From assembly GCA_029269845.2 (NCBI GenBank), contig CP149973.1, forward strand, positions 1,110,001-1,142,000: a stretch of 32,000 nt of DNA, read 5' to 3'. This DNA is from Opitutia bacterium KCR 482 (GTDB lineage: Bacteria; Verrucomicrobiota; Verrucomicrobiia; Opitutales; Intestinicryptomonadaceae). Shown one piece after another: positions 15,409 through 26,415 of this stretch. The notes below the pieces were generated by a model. That model ran no database searches. It worked only from the letters and a program-made list of their open reading frames with translations, and was not told where the DNA came from. Position 1 is the first letter of the stretch; the number at the start of each line of letters is the position of its first letter. The position numbers were made by a program, and so were the translations under genes.

Positions 15409-15578
15409 GGACACTCAGACGGCGATTTCACGCACTTGCGTGGCGCAGGGCACACGCGGATTTCCCTATGCATAGTAGTTGACGAAACGCCCTACTAAAC
15501 TTTTATCCCAACGCACTCTAAAAATCTTCGTGCGCAAGCACTCTAATTTTAGGCGCGTTAGAGCGCCGTGATATTTGG

Positions 15579-15607
15579 TTGACGATTAAAAATACGCACT
15601 AATAATT
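15579..15607 (+). promoter_or_regulatory. Candidate sigma70-like promoter for glnS
   Basis: TTGACG (15579-15584) followed 15-17 nt later by TAATAATT (15600-15607). The glnS ATG is at 15630. Confidence 0.35.
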
Positions 15608-15629
15608 TTGCGCCGAATTCTTTTAAACT

Positions 15630-17309
<1,680 letters not shown>

Positions 17310-17474
17310 GAGTCGGAAAGCGGAGCGGCGGCGAAAATACGCGGCGATTCGCGCAATAAAAAAGTTGACGAACCGCCGCGCGGCGCAAAAATATATTCAA
17401 TTTTTACGGCAGCCGCAGCGCGAACGCGCCGCCGCGCAAACCAAACAAAAACATTTACAACAGAACAACAGACA

Positions 17475-18341
17475 ATGAAAGTTTACATCAACGGAAAATA
17501 CTACGACGAAAACGACGCAAAAGTGTCGGTTTTCGACCACGGCTTTATGTACGGCGACGGTATCTTCGAGGGTATCCGCCTCTACAATAAAAACGTCTTC
17601 CGCCTGCCCATGCACATGGACAGACTCTTCCGCAGCGCGAAGGCAATCATGCTCGACCTGCCCTGGACAAAACAGGAAATCGCCGACGCCGTCTGCGACG
17701 CCTGCCGCACAAACAACCTCACCGACGGCTATATCCGCCTGATTATCTCGCGCGGCAAAGGCAAGCTGGGCCTCTCTCCCTTCACCTGCTCCGACCCGCA
17801 GCTTATAATCATCGCCGACCAAATCCAGCTATACCCGAACGAAACGTACGAAAAGGGCTTGAAGGCAATCACCGTTCCCACGCGCAGAAACTCGCACGCG
17901 GCGCTGCCCCCCATGGTCAAGAGCCTCAACTACCTCAACAACATTCTCGCGAAAATCGAAGCCTACAAACTGGGCTATCAGGAATGCCTGCTGCTCAACA
18001 ACGAAGGCTACGTCGCGGAATGCAGCGGCGACAACGTGTTCATCGTTTTCGAAGACAAGCTCATTACGCCGCCCGTCAGCTGCGGCTCGCTCGGCGGCAT
18101 GACGCGCCGCGCGGTGCTCGACGTCGCAAAGAGGCTCGGCATTGAAGTCGTCGAAAAGCCGCTCGCGCGTTTCGACGTCTGGACGGCGGACGAATGCTTC
18201 CTCACGGGAACCGCGGCAAAGCTCATTCCCCTCGTCGAACTCGACGGCAGAAGCATCGGCGACGGCAAACCCGGCCCGATTACCAAAAAGCTCCTGCAAG
18301 GCTTCAACGAAATCGCGCCCGTGGAAGGCACAAAAATCTAA
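17475..18341 (+). CDS. ilvE: Branched-chain amino acid aminotransferase (class IV)
   Basis: N-terminal sequence AKVSVFDHGFMYGDGIFEGIRLY. The protein is 288 aa with class IV aminotransferase sequence throughout. Confidence 0.85.
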   Translation: MKVYINGKYYDENDAKVSVFDHGFMYGDGIFEGIRLYNKNVFRLPMHMDRLFRSAKAIMLDLPWTKQEIADAVCDACRTNNLTDGYIRLIISRGKGKLGLSPFTCSDPQLIIIADQIQLYPNETYEKGLKAITVPTRRNSHAALPPMVKSLNYLNNILAKIEAYKLGYQECLLLNNEGYVAECSGDNVFIVFEDKLITPPVSCGSLGGMTRRAVLDVAKRLGIEVVEKPLARFDVWTADECFLTGTAAKLIPLVELDGRSIGDGKPGPITKKLLQGFNEIAPVEGTKI

Positions 18342-18364
18342 GTTAAAGACAACGGTTTAATTTG

Positions 18365-18404
18365 GGCGCGTTTTCGGACGAATGAATCCGAAACGCGCCT
18401 TTTT
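18365..18404 (+). terminator. Intrinsic terminator after ilvE
   Basis: The stem is GGCGCGTTTTCGGA/TCCGAAACGCGCC with one bulged T and an 8-nt loop, followed by a T5 run (18400-18404). Confidence 0.85.
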
Positions 18405-18413
18405 CATAAGACA

Positions 18414-18794
18414 ATGGCAAATACCGACAGAGACAGAATGGCGAAAACGCTGGGGCTTGAAACGCTCGAATGCAAATTCGGCGCGGCGAAAGTCCGCGGA
18501 AAAGCGGAGGAAAAATTTTTGAACGGGGTGGACATCGCCCATGGCGGCTTTTTGTTCACCGTTGCCGACTTCGCGTCGGCGCTGGCGGCAAACGCCGACG
18601 GACGGGTCGCGATAAGCTCCGGGGCTTCAATCAACTACCTCTCGCCCTGCCCCGCAAACGAAACGGTTGTGGCGGAGGCGTCGATTTCGTATTCCGACGA
18701 AAAAACCGCGCTCTGCGACGTCGCGATAAAATCGGCGGAATCGGGAAAAACCTTCGCCGTATTCCAGTCGAGAATGATTTTCAAAAAGCGATGA
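18414..18794 (+). CDS. PaaI-family hotdog-fold thioesterase
   Basis: 126 aa. The central motif GVDIAHGGFLFTVADFASALAA is typical of PaaI/4HBT-type thioesterases. Confidence 0.8.
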   Translation: MANTDRDRMAKTLGLETLECKFGAAKVRGKAEEKFLNGVDIAHGGFLFTVADFASALAANADGRVAISSGASINYLSPCPANETVVAEASISYSDEKTALCDVAIKSAESGKTFAVFQSRMIFKKR

Positions 18795-19978
18795 AAAAAC
18801 TTCTGGCAACCCTCGCGGCGGCGGCTCTGGCGTGCGCGGCAACCGCGCAAAGCCTCGGACAAATCGGGGCGCAACGCAGACAGGCGGACGCCGCGGACGG
18901 CGGCGCAATAGCCGCAAAGGCGATGGCGGGCGACGCCGCCGCGCAGCTCGCGCTCGGCTCGTTCTACGCAAAGGGCGCGAACGGCTTTCCCGCCGACGCG
19001 GCAAAGGCCGTGGAGTGGCTCGAAAAATCCGCCGCGCAAAACGAAAAGGCGGCGATGGCGTACTTGGGCTACATCTACGGCGAGGGGAAACTCGTCAAGC
19101 GCGACTTCGCAAAAGCCGTGAAATGGCGCGAAGCCGCCGCAAACGCGGGCGACGCCAACGACAAATGGTCGCTCGGAAACGCGTTCCTGTACGGATTCCT
19201 CGTGCCTAAAGACCAGCTCAAAGCCCTGTACTGGATTACCCTCGCGGCGGAAAGCGGCAATGCCGACGCCGTGGTGAAGCTCGTCGAAATACACGAAAAC
19301 CTCGGGAACAAAGAGGAGCTTGCGAAGTGGCGGGCGAAGTTCGCGCAAATGCAGCTCGCGGCGGCGGAAAGCGGCAACGCGGTGGCGATGGCGGCTGTCG
19401 CCGAAAAGTTCATGTCGGGCGAAGACGGGCTTCCGCGCAACCGCGCCCGCGCAGTGTTCTGGTACAAAAAGGCGGCGGACGCGGGGCATGCGGAGTCAAT
19501 CGAGAAAGTCGCAAAGATGTACGCGCGCGGACGCTTCCTGCCGCAGAATCAGGAAAAGGCGCAATACTATTTCGAAAAGCTCGCGGAGAAAGACCCGTCT
19601 TGCTGTTTCAAAATTTCGTCGATGTACGCAGAGGGCAGGAACGGCTTCCCCGTAGACGCGAAAAAATCCGCCGACTGGTTCGCGCGGGGCGCAAAAAACG
19701 GCGACACCACAAACAGAATCTACGCGGCGTACAGATACTGGAAAATCGGCGAGACCGACACTGCGTTGAAGTTTTGCGGCGAAGTCGAAGAGGAGGCGGG
19801 AAAGTCGCTCTCCGCGCTCGGCGCAAACGCCGCCGATCCGAAAAACGTGCAGGCGGCGATGCTAAAACGCGCCCTCTACGCGGCGAAACTCATGCGCGAA
19901 AAAATTTCCGCGGGAGCAAAAGCCCCCGACACGCTCGACGAATACTTCGCAATCCGCCGCGCTCAAACGGAGCTTTGA
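18791..19978 (+). CDS. Secreted Sel1-repeat (SLR/TPR-like) protein
   Basis: The start ATG at 18791 overlaps the thioesterase stop (ATGA). The signal peptide is MKKLLATLAAAALACAATAQS. Repeated units of the form A..W..KAA..G...A...LG..Y..G are present. Confidence 0.85.
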   Translation: MKKLLATLAAAALACAATAQSLGQIGAQRRQADAADGGAIAAKAMAGDAAAQLALGSFYAKGANGFPADAAKAVEWLEKSAAQNEKAAMAYLGYIYGEGKLVKRDFAKAVKWREAAANAGDANDKWSLGNAFLYGFLVPKDQLKALYWITLAAESGNADAVVKLVEIHENLGNKEELAKWRAKFAQMQLAAAESGNAVAMAAVAEKFMSGEDGLPRNRARAVFWYKKAADAGHAESIEKVAKMYARGRFLPQNQEKAQYYFEKLAEKDPSCCFKISSMYAEGRNGFPVDAKKSADWFARGAKNGDTTNRIYAAYRYWKIGETDTALKFCGEVEEEAGKSLSALGANAADPKNVQAAMLKRALYAAKLMREKISAGAKAPDTLDEYFAIRRAQTEL

Positions 19979-19994
19979 AAAAGGCGCAACAATT

Positions 19995-20357
19995 ATGATT
20001 AGAAAAATAAACGACACCCTGCTCTACCTCCTCTTCTGCTTCCTACTCGGAACGGGAATAATGCTCGAATACACTTTCGTAAAAGGCGCGGGCATGCAAA
20101 CGGTCATGGGAATGGGAAAGCACGACTGGGAGACCCTGCACCTGTACGCGGGTTTTGCGGCGGCGGCGTGCGCGCTCCTGCACATTCTGCTGAACGCAAA
20201 ATTCGTCAAAAACGCGATTTGCAAAAAGAGCAAGGCGGCGGCGGTTCTTTTCGTCGCGGCGGGGCTTGCGCTCGCGTTCGGAATCGGCTTCTACCCAAAG
20301 AAAACCGCGAAGCCCGCGGCGCAAGCCGCGCTTCAAAACTGCCCGACGCAAAAATAA
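19995..20357 (+). CDS. Small integral membrane protein (DUF4405-like, low confidence on the family)
   Basis: 120 aa with three predicted hydrophobic helices. Conserved His residues occur in HLYAGF and LLHILLN. Confidence 0.65.
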   Translation: MIRKINDTLLYLLFCFLLGTGIMLEYTFVKGAGMQTVMGMGKHDWETLHLYAGFAAAACALLHILLNAKFVKNAICKKSKAAAVLFVAAGLALAFGIGFYPKKTAKPAAQAALQNCPTQK

Positions 20358-20401
20358 AATTGTTGCGCTAAACGCCGAAAAAGAAAGAATATTGGCGATA
20401 T

Positions 20402-21241
20402 ATGGAATACAACGGACAGCTTTCGCCGTCACAGACGACGGAAATTTTGCGCGAAATCGGACACTCGCCCGTAAAAAAGTTCGGGCAGAACTTTTTGGTG
20501 GACGCAAACATTGTGAGGAAATCGCTCGAACTCGCCGAAGTCTCCGCGGGCGACACCGTTGTGGAAGTAGGCCCCGGTTTGGGGACGCTCACGGGCGCGC
20601 TGCTCGAACGCGGCGCAAAAGTCTACGCCGTCGAGCTTGACAAAAGGCTTTTCGAATTTCTGAAAGGCCGTTTCGGCGGCAACCCGAACCTCGACCTAAT
20701 CAACGCCGACGCCGTGGAATACCCGCTTGCGAACCTGCCGCCCGACGCCGACAATTTCAAGGTTGTGGCAAACCTGCCCTACGCAATCAGCACGCCGTGG
20801 CTCGACAAAATCCTCGCGGGCAGGCTTCCTCAAAAGATGTCGCTCATGCTCCAAAAGGAGGCGGCATTGCGCTTTGCGGCGCGGAACGGCTCTGGCGAAT
20901 TTTCGCCGATTTCCGTTCTGCTCTCGGAGGCTTACGACGTGCAGACGCCCCACAAAGTGTCGGCGGCGTGCTTCCACCCGCGCCCGTCGGTCGATTCCAT
21001 GCTGCTTCCGCTTTCGAAAAAGCCCGACGCGTACACGTTCGCGCCGAAAACGCGCGAGATTATGAGGGCGGTGTTTTCAAAACGCCGCAAGCAGATACTT
21101 TCAATCGCAAAAAGCGCGGGCGCGGACTCGGCGATTCTGCTCGAATGGCTCGAAGCCTCCCCCGACCTGCCGCCCGACAGACGCCCCGAGGCAATCGAAA
21201 ACCGCCACTGGGTCAACCTCGACAAACTTGCGCGAAAATGA
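20402..21241 (+). CDS. rsmA: 16S rRNA (adenine1518/1519-N6)-dimethyltransferase
   Basis: KKFGQNFLVD and the SAM-binding motif VVEVGPGLGTLT are present, together with NLPYAISTP. Confidence 0.95.
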   Translation: MEYNGQLSPSQTTEILREIGHSPVKKFGQNFLVDANIVRKSLELAEVSAGDTVVEVGPGLGTLTGALLERGAKVYAVELDKRLFEFLKGRFGGNPNLDLINADAVEYPLANLPPDADNFKVVANLPYAISTPWLDKILAGRLPQKMSLMLQKEAALRFAARNGSGEFSPISVLLSEAYDVQTPHKVSAACFHPRPSVDSMLLPLSKKPDAYTFAPKTREIMRAVFSKRRKQILSIAKSAGADSAILLEWLEASPDLPPDRRPEAIENRHWVNLDKLARK

Positions 21242-22020
21242 AAACCGCCGCCGCATTGCTGTGCCTTGCCGCCCTCGTCTACTGCGGAATTTTGGCGGCG
21301 GCAAAACTGTTCGCAAACGCGCTGATGTTCCACCCGCCCGCGCGGACATACGTCAAAACGCGGGAGCTTTCGTTTTTCGAAATGCCCGACGGCACGAAGC
21401 TCGCCGCCCTCATGCTGAAATCGGGCAAGCCCGACGCGCCCAAAATCTTCTACTGCCACGGCAACGGAGAGGACTTGGGGCTTGTCCGACCGGGCTTGGA
21501 GGAGCTTCGCAAACGCGGCTTCGACGTGTTCTCGTACGACTACTGCGGCTACGGATTTTCGGAGGGCAGACCGACCGAGAAAAACCTCTACGAATCGGCG
21601 GAGGCGGCGTGGAATTACGCCGCCGCAAAATTCGGCTACGCGCCCGAAAACACCGTGCTCTTCGGCTTCTCGCTCGGAAGCGCGGCGGTGTGCGCCGTCG
21701 CCGAAAAGCGGGACGGCTGGCGCGGGATAATCCTCGCGGGGGGAATCGCAAACGGCGCAAAAACGACGCTCCCGATAGACATCATTCCGTGGAAAATACT
21801 CGACAATTCGTCGAAAGTGGCCGAGTTTAAATGCCCGCTGCTAATCCTGCACGGAACGCGCGACGCGATTGTCGCCCCGCGCAACGCCCGCGAAAATTTC
21901 GACGCGGCGAAGTGCCCAAAGAAGCTCGTGTGGCTGAAAGGCTACGGACACAACAACATTTCGTCGTCGCCCGAATACGCGGCGGAAGTAGAAAACTTTA
22001 TAAAAAATCCGAAATTATGA
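21238..22020 (+). CDS. Alpha/beta-fold hydrolase with an N-terminal membrane anchor
   Basis: The start ATG at 21238 overlaps the rsmA stop (ATGA). The nucleophile elbow is GFSLGS. The distal LILHGTRD and GYGHN motifs complete a Ser-Asp-His arrangement. Confidence 0.8.
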   Translation: MKTAAALLCLAALVYCGILAAAKLFANALMFHPPARTYVKTRELSFFEMPDGTKLAALMLKSGKPDAPKIFYCHGNGEDLGLVRPGLEELRKRGFDVFSYDYCGYGFSEGRPTEKNLYESAEAAWNYAAAKFGYAPENTVLFGFSLGSAAVCAVAEKRDGWRGIILAGGIANGAKTTLPIDIIPWKILDNSSKVAEFKCPLLILHGTRDAIVAPRNARENFDAAKCPKKLVWLKGYGHNNISSSPEYAAEVENFIKNPKL

Positions 22021-22577
22021 AAAAAGCTCTTGTAATACTTTTCGACAAAGTGGAGGAATTGGAGGCTATCGCCCCCGTGGATATTCTGCGCCGCGCCCGC
22101 GTGGACGTGACGACCGCCGCCCTCGGCGACTCCCTAGAAATTATCGGCAGAAGCGGAATCGCGATTGACGCCGACGAACCTTTCGCGGAGGCGTGCAAGA
22201 AAAATTTCGACGCGGTAATCCTCCCAGGAGGCCCCGGGGTATACGACATTCTCGACATGCACCCCGACGACATCGCCCCCATGCGCGGGCTTTTCGAACG
22301 CCATTTGAACGGCGGGAAAATCGTGGCGGCAATCTGCGCGGCTCCCATGGTTCTTGCGGAAATGGAGATTTTGAAGGGGAAAAAATGCACGGCGCACCAG
22401 TCGGTCGCGGACAAAATCGAAAACGCCGACGTTTCGAAAAACGTCGTGCGCGACGGCTGCGTGATTACCTCTCGCGGCGCGGGAACGGCGGTGGAATTCG
22501 GTCTTGAAATACTCGCGGCTCTCGAAGGCGGAAACGTCGCCGACGAAATCGCAAAATCAATCTGCTTTTCAAAATAG
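22017..22577 (+). CDS. DJ-1/PfpI/ThiJ-family protein
   Basis: The start ATG at 22017 overlaps the upstream stop (ATGA). VILPGG and the nucleophile-elbow Cys in VAAICAAP are present. Confidence 0.85.
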   Translation: MKKALVILFDKVEELEAIAPVDILRRARVDVTTAALGDSLEIIGRSGIAIDADEPFAEACKKNFDAVILPGGPGVYDILDMHPDDIAPMRGLFERHLNGGKIVAAICAAPMVLAEMEILKGKKCTAHQSVADKIENADVSKNVVRDGCVITSRGAGTAVEFGLEILAALEGGNVADEIAKSICFSK

Positions 22578-23978
22578 ATGCTCGACGAAGAGGCAGTTCT
22601 TAACGGCGCGAGAAACGGAAACGAAAGTTTCCTCGTGGCGAACGTCCTTGCAATGACGGCGATTCCCGCGCTTCTGCTCGGCGGCGGCTCGGCTCTCGCG
22701 GGCGGGCTTTTCCTCGCGTTCGGGGTGCTTGCGCCGCTGAACGTGCTTGCGTACTCGCGCGGCTGGGCGGACGCGCCCAAGCACACTTTCGCGCTCTACC
22801 TTCTTGCGCTCTCGCCGTTGATTGCCCAGCTTGCGCTGACGCTCGCGGGCAGCCCCGTCCTTGCGGAAGACGCAAACGGCAACCTGACGCTCGCGCAAAC
22901 AGACGCGCCGATAGTATCGGCGGCGTTCCCGTTCTCGGCGGCGGTGTTTTCCGACCTCGCGAATCTGGCGGCGGCGGCGTGCGGGCTGTCGATTCTGTTT
23001 ATCACAAGCTCGCGCTACATAATACGCAAAATACTTTTCGCGGGCGCGTGCATGGCGGCTGGGCTGTCGGTTTTCGGACTGCTGAAAATCCCGCTCGAAA
23101 CTATCCCGCAACTGCCGCTTCCGTCGCTCGGCGAGCACTCGTTCTCCACTTTCGCCGACGCCCCGCAGTGGGCGGCGTTCGGCATGCTCTGGCTGGGAGC
23201 GGCATTCGCGACGGCTCTCGGCTCGCCGCAGAGGTTCAGGCTCGAAACTTTCGCGACGTCGCAGAGACTCGCGGCGGTCGCGGTTGCGGCGGCGATTCTG
23301 CTCGGCATTCTCAAAGCGGGGACGCCCGTCGAAAAGACGCTGGCACTCGCGCTCGCGGGGGCGTCGTTTGCTCTGCTTGCGCTCGACACGCTTCCGACAA
23401 AAAGAAACGCCGAACGCAATGCGGCGGCAAGGCATTTGAAGTCCGAATACAAACGGGCGCACCTTGCCGTTCCCGCGGCATGCTACGCGGCGGCGGCGGT
23501 CGCGGCTTTTCTCTTCGCGGCAAAAACCGTTTCCGACGCGGCGGCGGACGGCGCGGGCGGACTTTTCGAAACGTCGATACCCGCCGAAATCCGCGCGGGA
23601 ATCTTGGAGGACTCGCGCAAACTCGCCGAAACCGCGCCGGCTACGGGCTGGGGAAGCGCGTCCTACAAAACGCTCATGGCGTTTTCGCAGGGCGCGGACT
23701 TGGGCGGCGAGCCGACGGAATCGCCGCGCTCGGACCTTCTGCAAAAGCTGGTCGAAAACGGGAAAGTCGGGCTAATTCTTGCGGCAATCGCGCCGATTTT
23801 CCTGTTTGCGGGAACGCTGTTCGGCGGCGGATTCTCGGCGGCGTCGCTTGCGCTTCTGCTCTCGGCGGTCGCGGTCGCGGCGGCGGGAGTCGTAGACGCG
23901 CCGTTCCAAAGCACGGCGGTGTCGGCAAGCTTCTGGATAATCGCGGCGGCGGCGTACAAATGGAAAAGGTCGAAATAG
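22578..23978 (+). CDS. Ala/Leu-rich polytopic membrane protein, possibly O-antigen-ligase-like
   Basis: 466 aa with many hydrophobic segments. It starts directly after the upstream stop codon. The family assignment is only a guess. Confidence 0.65.
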   Translation: MLDEEAVLNGARNGNESFLVANVLAMTAIPALLLGGGSALAGGLFLAFGVLAPLNVLAYSRGWADAPKHTFALYLLALSPLIAQLALTLAGSPVLAEDANGNLTLAQTDAPIVSAAFPFSAAVFSDLANLAAAACGLSILFITSSRYIIRKILFAGACMAAGLSVFGLLKIPLETIPQLPLPSLGEHSFSTFADAPQWAAFGMLWLGAAFATALGSPQRFRLETFATSQRLAAVAVAAAILLGILKAGTPVEKTLALALAGASFALLALDTLPTKRNAERNAAARHLKSEYKRAHLAVPAACYAAAAVAAFLFAAKTVSDAAADGAGGLFETSIPAEIRAGILEDSRKLAETAPATGWGSASYKTLMAFSQGADLGGEPTESPRSDLLQKLVENGKVGLILAAIAPIFLFAGTLFGGGFSAASLALLLSAVAVAAAGVVDAPFQSTAVSASFWIIAAAAYKWKRSK

Positions 23979-24053
23979 GCGCAAAATTTGCGCCGAAATG
24001 CGAATAATGTTGATTCGCGCGGGACATAATTCAAAAATAATCGGGATATTATT

Positions 24054-25469
24054 ATGAGTTCGGAAAACAAAAAACTTACGGCTTCGGGGCTTCCGAGAAT
24101 GGACGTCCACGAATGCACCGAAAAAATACGCATCACCGACGACGGCGAAGCCTACTACGGAATCACTAAAAAAGCTGCAATGGCGGAGGCGTCGCGCTGC
24201 CTGCACTGCCCCAAGCCGCGCTGCCAAATAGGCTGCCCCAACCACATCAACATACCCGAATTTGTATACGAAATCGCAAACGGCAACGTGGCGGAAGCGG
24301 CAAAAAAACTCGCGGCGCAGTCGACGATGTCGGCGATATGCGGACGCCTCTGCAACCAGAGCAAGCAGTGCGAAGGCTCGTGCGTGCTCGGCATACGCGG
24401 CAAGCCCGTGGCAATCGGCGCGCTCGAACGCTTCGCCGCCGACTATGTGCGAATCAACGGGCACACGCATATTCCCGAATGCAAGCCGCCTACGGGCAAG
24501 CACACGGCGATAATCGGGCTTGGCCCCGCGGGCATCACAGCCGCCGAAAAGCTTTCCGAGATGGGGCACGCGGTGGAGGTCTTCGAAGGGCGCGACCTCC
24601 CCGGAGGCGTTACGATGTACGGCATTCCCGAATTCAGGCTCCCGCGCGAAATCGTATTCGAAAGAATCTCGCGCCTCGAAAAAATGGGCGTCAATATCCA
24701 CTACGGAATCGGCATAGGCGAGCCGCCGTACAGCCTCGACGAACTGCGCGAACGCTACGACTCCGTCCTTGTGGCGACCGGCGCGTGGCGTCCGATAACA
24801 ATGTACATCGCGGGCGAATACGCAAAGGGCGTCTATACCTCGAACGAATTTTTGGCGCGTTTCAACCTCTCCACAATGGCTGGCGACAGAATGATGGTAT
24901 CGCCCATACACGCCGAAAACGTCATTACAATCGGCGGCGGAAACGTGGCGATTGACACGTCGAGAGTCGCGCTCAGGTGCGGGGCGAAATCGACGGTGGT
25001 TTACAGACGCTCGGTCGAGGAAATGCCCGCGCGCGCCGACGAAATCGAAATCGCCCGCAGCGAGGGCGTGGAGATAATCGGGAACACGCTCCAAAAGAAA
25101 ATTTTGTACAACAAGACGGGCAACGTCTACGGAATTGAATGCGTCAAGACGCAAATGGGAGAGCCTGACGCGTCGGGACGCCGCGTGCCAGTGGAAATAG
25201 AAGGCTCGGAATTCGTGCTCAACTGCGACACCGTCATTCTTTCGACGGGCAGCAAGCCGCGCGACCGACTTGCCCGCAACTGCATGCACCTCAAACTGAA
25301 CCCGAACGGCACGATAGCCGTAGACCCGCAGACGCTCCAAACCTCGATGGCGGGCGTGTTCGCGTGCGGCGACGTTGTTACCGGCCCGCTTACAATCGTG
25401 GGCGCGATGGTTCAGGCAAAACAGGCGGCGGAATCAATGGACAAATACCTGCGCGGAGAACTGCAATAA
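24054..25469 (+). CDS. GltD-family NAD(P)H-dependent oxidoreductase (glutamate synthase small-subunit-like, SudA-like)
   Basis: An N-terminal Fe-S Cys cluster (CLHCPKPRCQIGCP ... CGRLC...CEGSC) is followed by the dinucleotide-binding motif AIIGLGPAGITAA and the FEGRDLPGGVTMYGIPEFRLP motif. Confidence 0.9.
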   Translation: MSSENKKLTASGLPRMDVHECTEKIRITDDGEAYYGITKKAAMAEASRCLHCPKPRCQIGCPNHINIPEFVYEIANGNVAEAAKKLAAQSTMSAICGRLCNQSKQCEGSCVLGIRGKPVAIGALERFAADYVRINGHTHIPECKPPTGKHTAIIGLGPAGITAAEKLSEMGHAVEVFEGRDLPGGVTMYGIPEFRLPREIVFERISRLEKMGVNIHYGIGIGEPPYSLDELRERYDSVLVATGAWRPITMYIAGEYAKGVYTSNEFLARFNLSTMAGDRMMVSPIHAENVITIGGGNVAIDTSRVALRCGAKSTVVYRRSVEEMPARADEIEIARSEGVEIIGNTLQKKILYNKTGNVYGIECVKTQMGEPDASGRRVPVEIEGSEFVLNCDTVILSTGSKPRDRLARNCMHLKLNPNGTIAVDPQTLQTSMAGVFACGDVVTGPLTIVGAMVQAKQAAESMDKYLRGELQ

Positions 25470-25498
25470 CGCGCTATCCGCAACGCAAAAACCGAACG

Positions 25499-25529
25499 CC
25501 CCGAATCAGAAAAATCGGGGGAGTTTTTT
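25499..25529 (+). terminator. Candidate intrinsic terminator after the GltD-family gene
   Basis: The stem is CCCCGA/TCGGGG with a 10-nt loop, followed by GAG and a T6 run. Confidence 0.5.
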
Positions 25530-25581
25530 GTTTATGCGGGGCTTGAATTGCCCCGCGCAAAAAACCGCAAGACGCGCGGCG

Positions 25582-25606
25582 AAAAAAAAAGGCGCGGACA
25601 ACGCGC
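25582..25606 (-). terminator. Candidate intrinsic terminator after the DtxR/MntR-family gene
   Basis: On the minus strand, the hairpin GCGCG-TTGTC-CGCGC is followed by C and a T9 run (the complement of A9 at 25582-25590). Confidence 0.5.
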
Positions 25607-25673
25607 AAAACAAGGCAAAAAGCGACCCGCGGAAAAGCCGCATGCGCCGTTCCCGCGCCGCAACTAAGCCGTG

Positions 25674-26090
25674 CTATTTTTCGAGCGAATCGGGCGACGC
25701 CTCGCGGCGCAGTGTTGCGATGAATTTTACGAGCTTGCGCATGATGTCGTCTTCAAGCGCGTGCTCCATTTTGCATGCGGCGGAATCGGCGGCGGCGCTA
25801 TCGACACCGAGGAAGTCTGTAAAAAAGCCCTTCAATAGCTCGTGTTTGCGGCGGACGTTTACGGCAACCGCGCGGCCGTCTTTTGTAAGTGAAACGGGCT
25901 TGTATTTTTCGTATTCCACAAGTCCGCGCTCGGAAAGCGAATTGAGCGCGGCGGTGACGGAGGGTTTTTTTACGGACATTGCTATTGCGATATCCGTCGG
26001 ACGCGCAGTACCGTTTTTGGCTTCCAGCGAGGCTATCGCTTCGAGGTAGTCTTCGAGATTTTCCGATAATTTGTGGGGGTCGTCGTCCAT
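25674..26090 (-). CDS. DtxR/MntR-family metal-dependent transcriptional repressor
   Basis: 138 aa. N-terminal ENLEDYLEAI is followed by a winged-HTH region (TDIAIAMSVKKPSVTAALNSLSERGLV) and a dimerisation/metal region (RRKHELLKGFFTDFLG). Confidence 0.85.
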   Translation of the reverse strand: MDDDPHKLSENLEDYLEAIASLEAKNGTARPTDIAIAMSVKKPSVTAALNSLSERGLVEYEKYKPVSLTKDGRAVAVNVRRKHELLKGFFTDFLGVDSAAADSAACKMEHALEDDIMRKLVKFIATLRREASPDSLEK

Positions 26091-26172
26091 TGGTTGCGGG
26101 TAATGGAATTTGTTTTTTGGAGCGTTGTCAAAGATAAAAGCGCGGCCGCCGCAAAAAAAGCTAAAAAACGCC

Positions 26173-26200
26173 TTGACAAAGCGGACGGTCGGAACAAACT
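26173..26200 (+). promoter_or_regulatory. Candidate promoter for tRNA-Gln
   Basis: A perfect TTGACA (26173-26178), a 16-nt spacer and a weak CAAACT (26195-26200). This would leave a leader of about 10 nt before the tRNA. Confidence 0.3.
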
Positions 26201-26217
26201 TATGAGACTTTCAAAAT

Positions 26218-26291
26218 TGACCGATGGTGTAATGGTAGCACAAAGGTTTCTGGCACCTTTTGTTGGGGTTCGAGTCCCTATCGGTCAACCA
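26218..26291 (+). tRNA. tRNA-Gln (anticodon CTG), CCA encoded
   Basis: The sequence TGACCGATGGTGTAATGGTAGCACAAAGGTTTCTGGCACCTTTTGTTGGGGTTCGAGTCCCTATCGGTCAACCA has a U1:A72 pair, as in bacterial tRNA-Gln. The anticodon stem is AAGGT/ACCTT with loop TTCTGGC. Confidence 0.9.
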
Positions 26292-26293
26292 CT

Positions 26294-26331
26294 AAAAAAA
26301 AGGAATCGGCGCAAAACCGATTCCTTTTTTT
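26294..26331. terminator. Bidirectional intrinsic terminator (tRNA-Gln on plus, GH31-like gene on minus)
   Basis: An A8 run, the stem AGGAATCGG/CCGATTCCT with a 7-nt loop, then a T7 run. Confidence 0.85.
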
Positions 26332-26415
26332 GTTATCCGCCGCGCCGCGCAGCCCCCGAAGCGGAAGCCGCAAAAGCAAACGTCTGGGCGGATTCGCGCA
26401 AAACCCGCAGGGGCG

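Noticed and set aside
15477-15493. A shared AGTTGACGAA(A/C)CGCC word upstream of glnS (15477-15493) and ilvE (17371-17387), considered as a possible common regulator site.
   Set aside because: It is a 14-mer with one mismatch that contains a generic TTGAC -35-like core. My rough estimate of chance occurrence among the spacers of this window is of order one. In neither case is a good -10 element at the proper distance.
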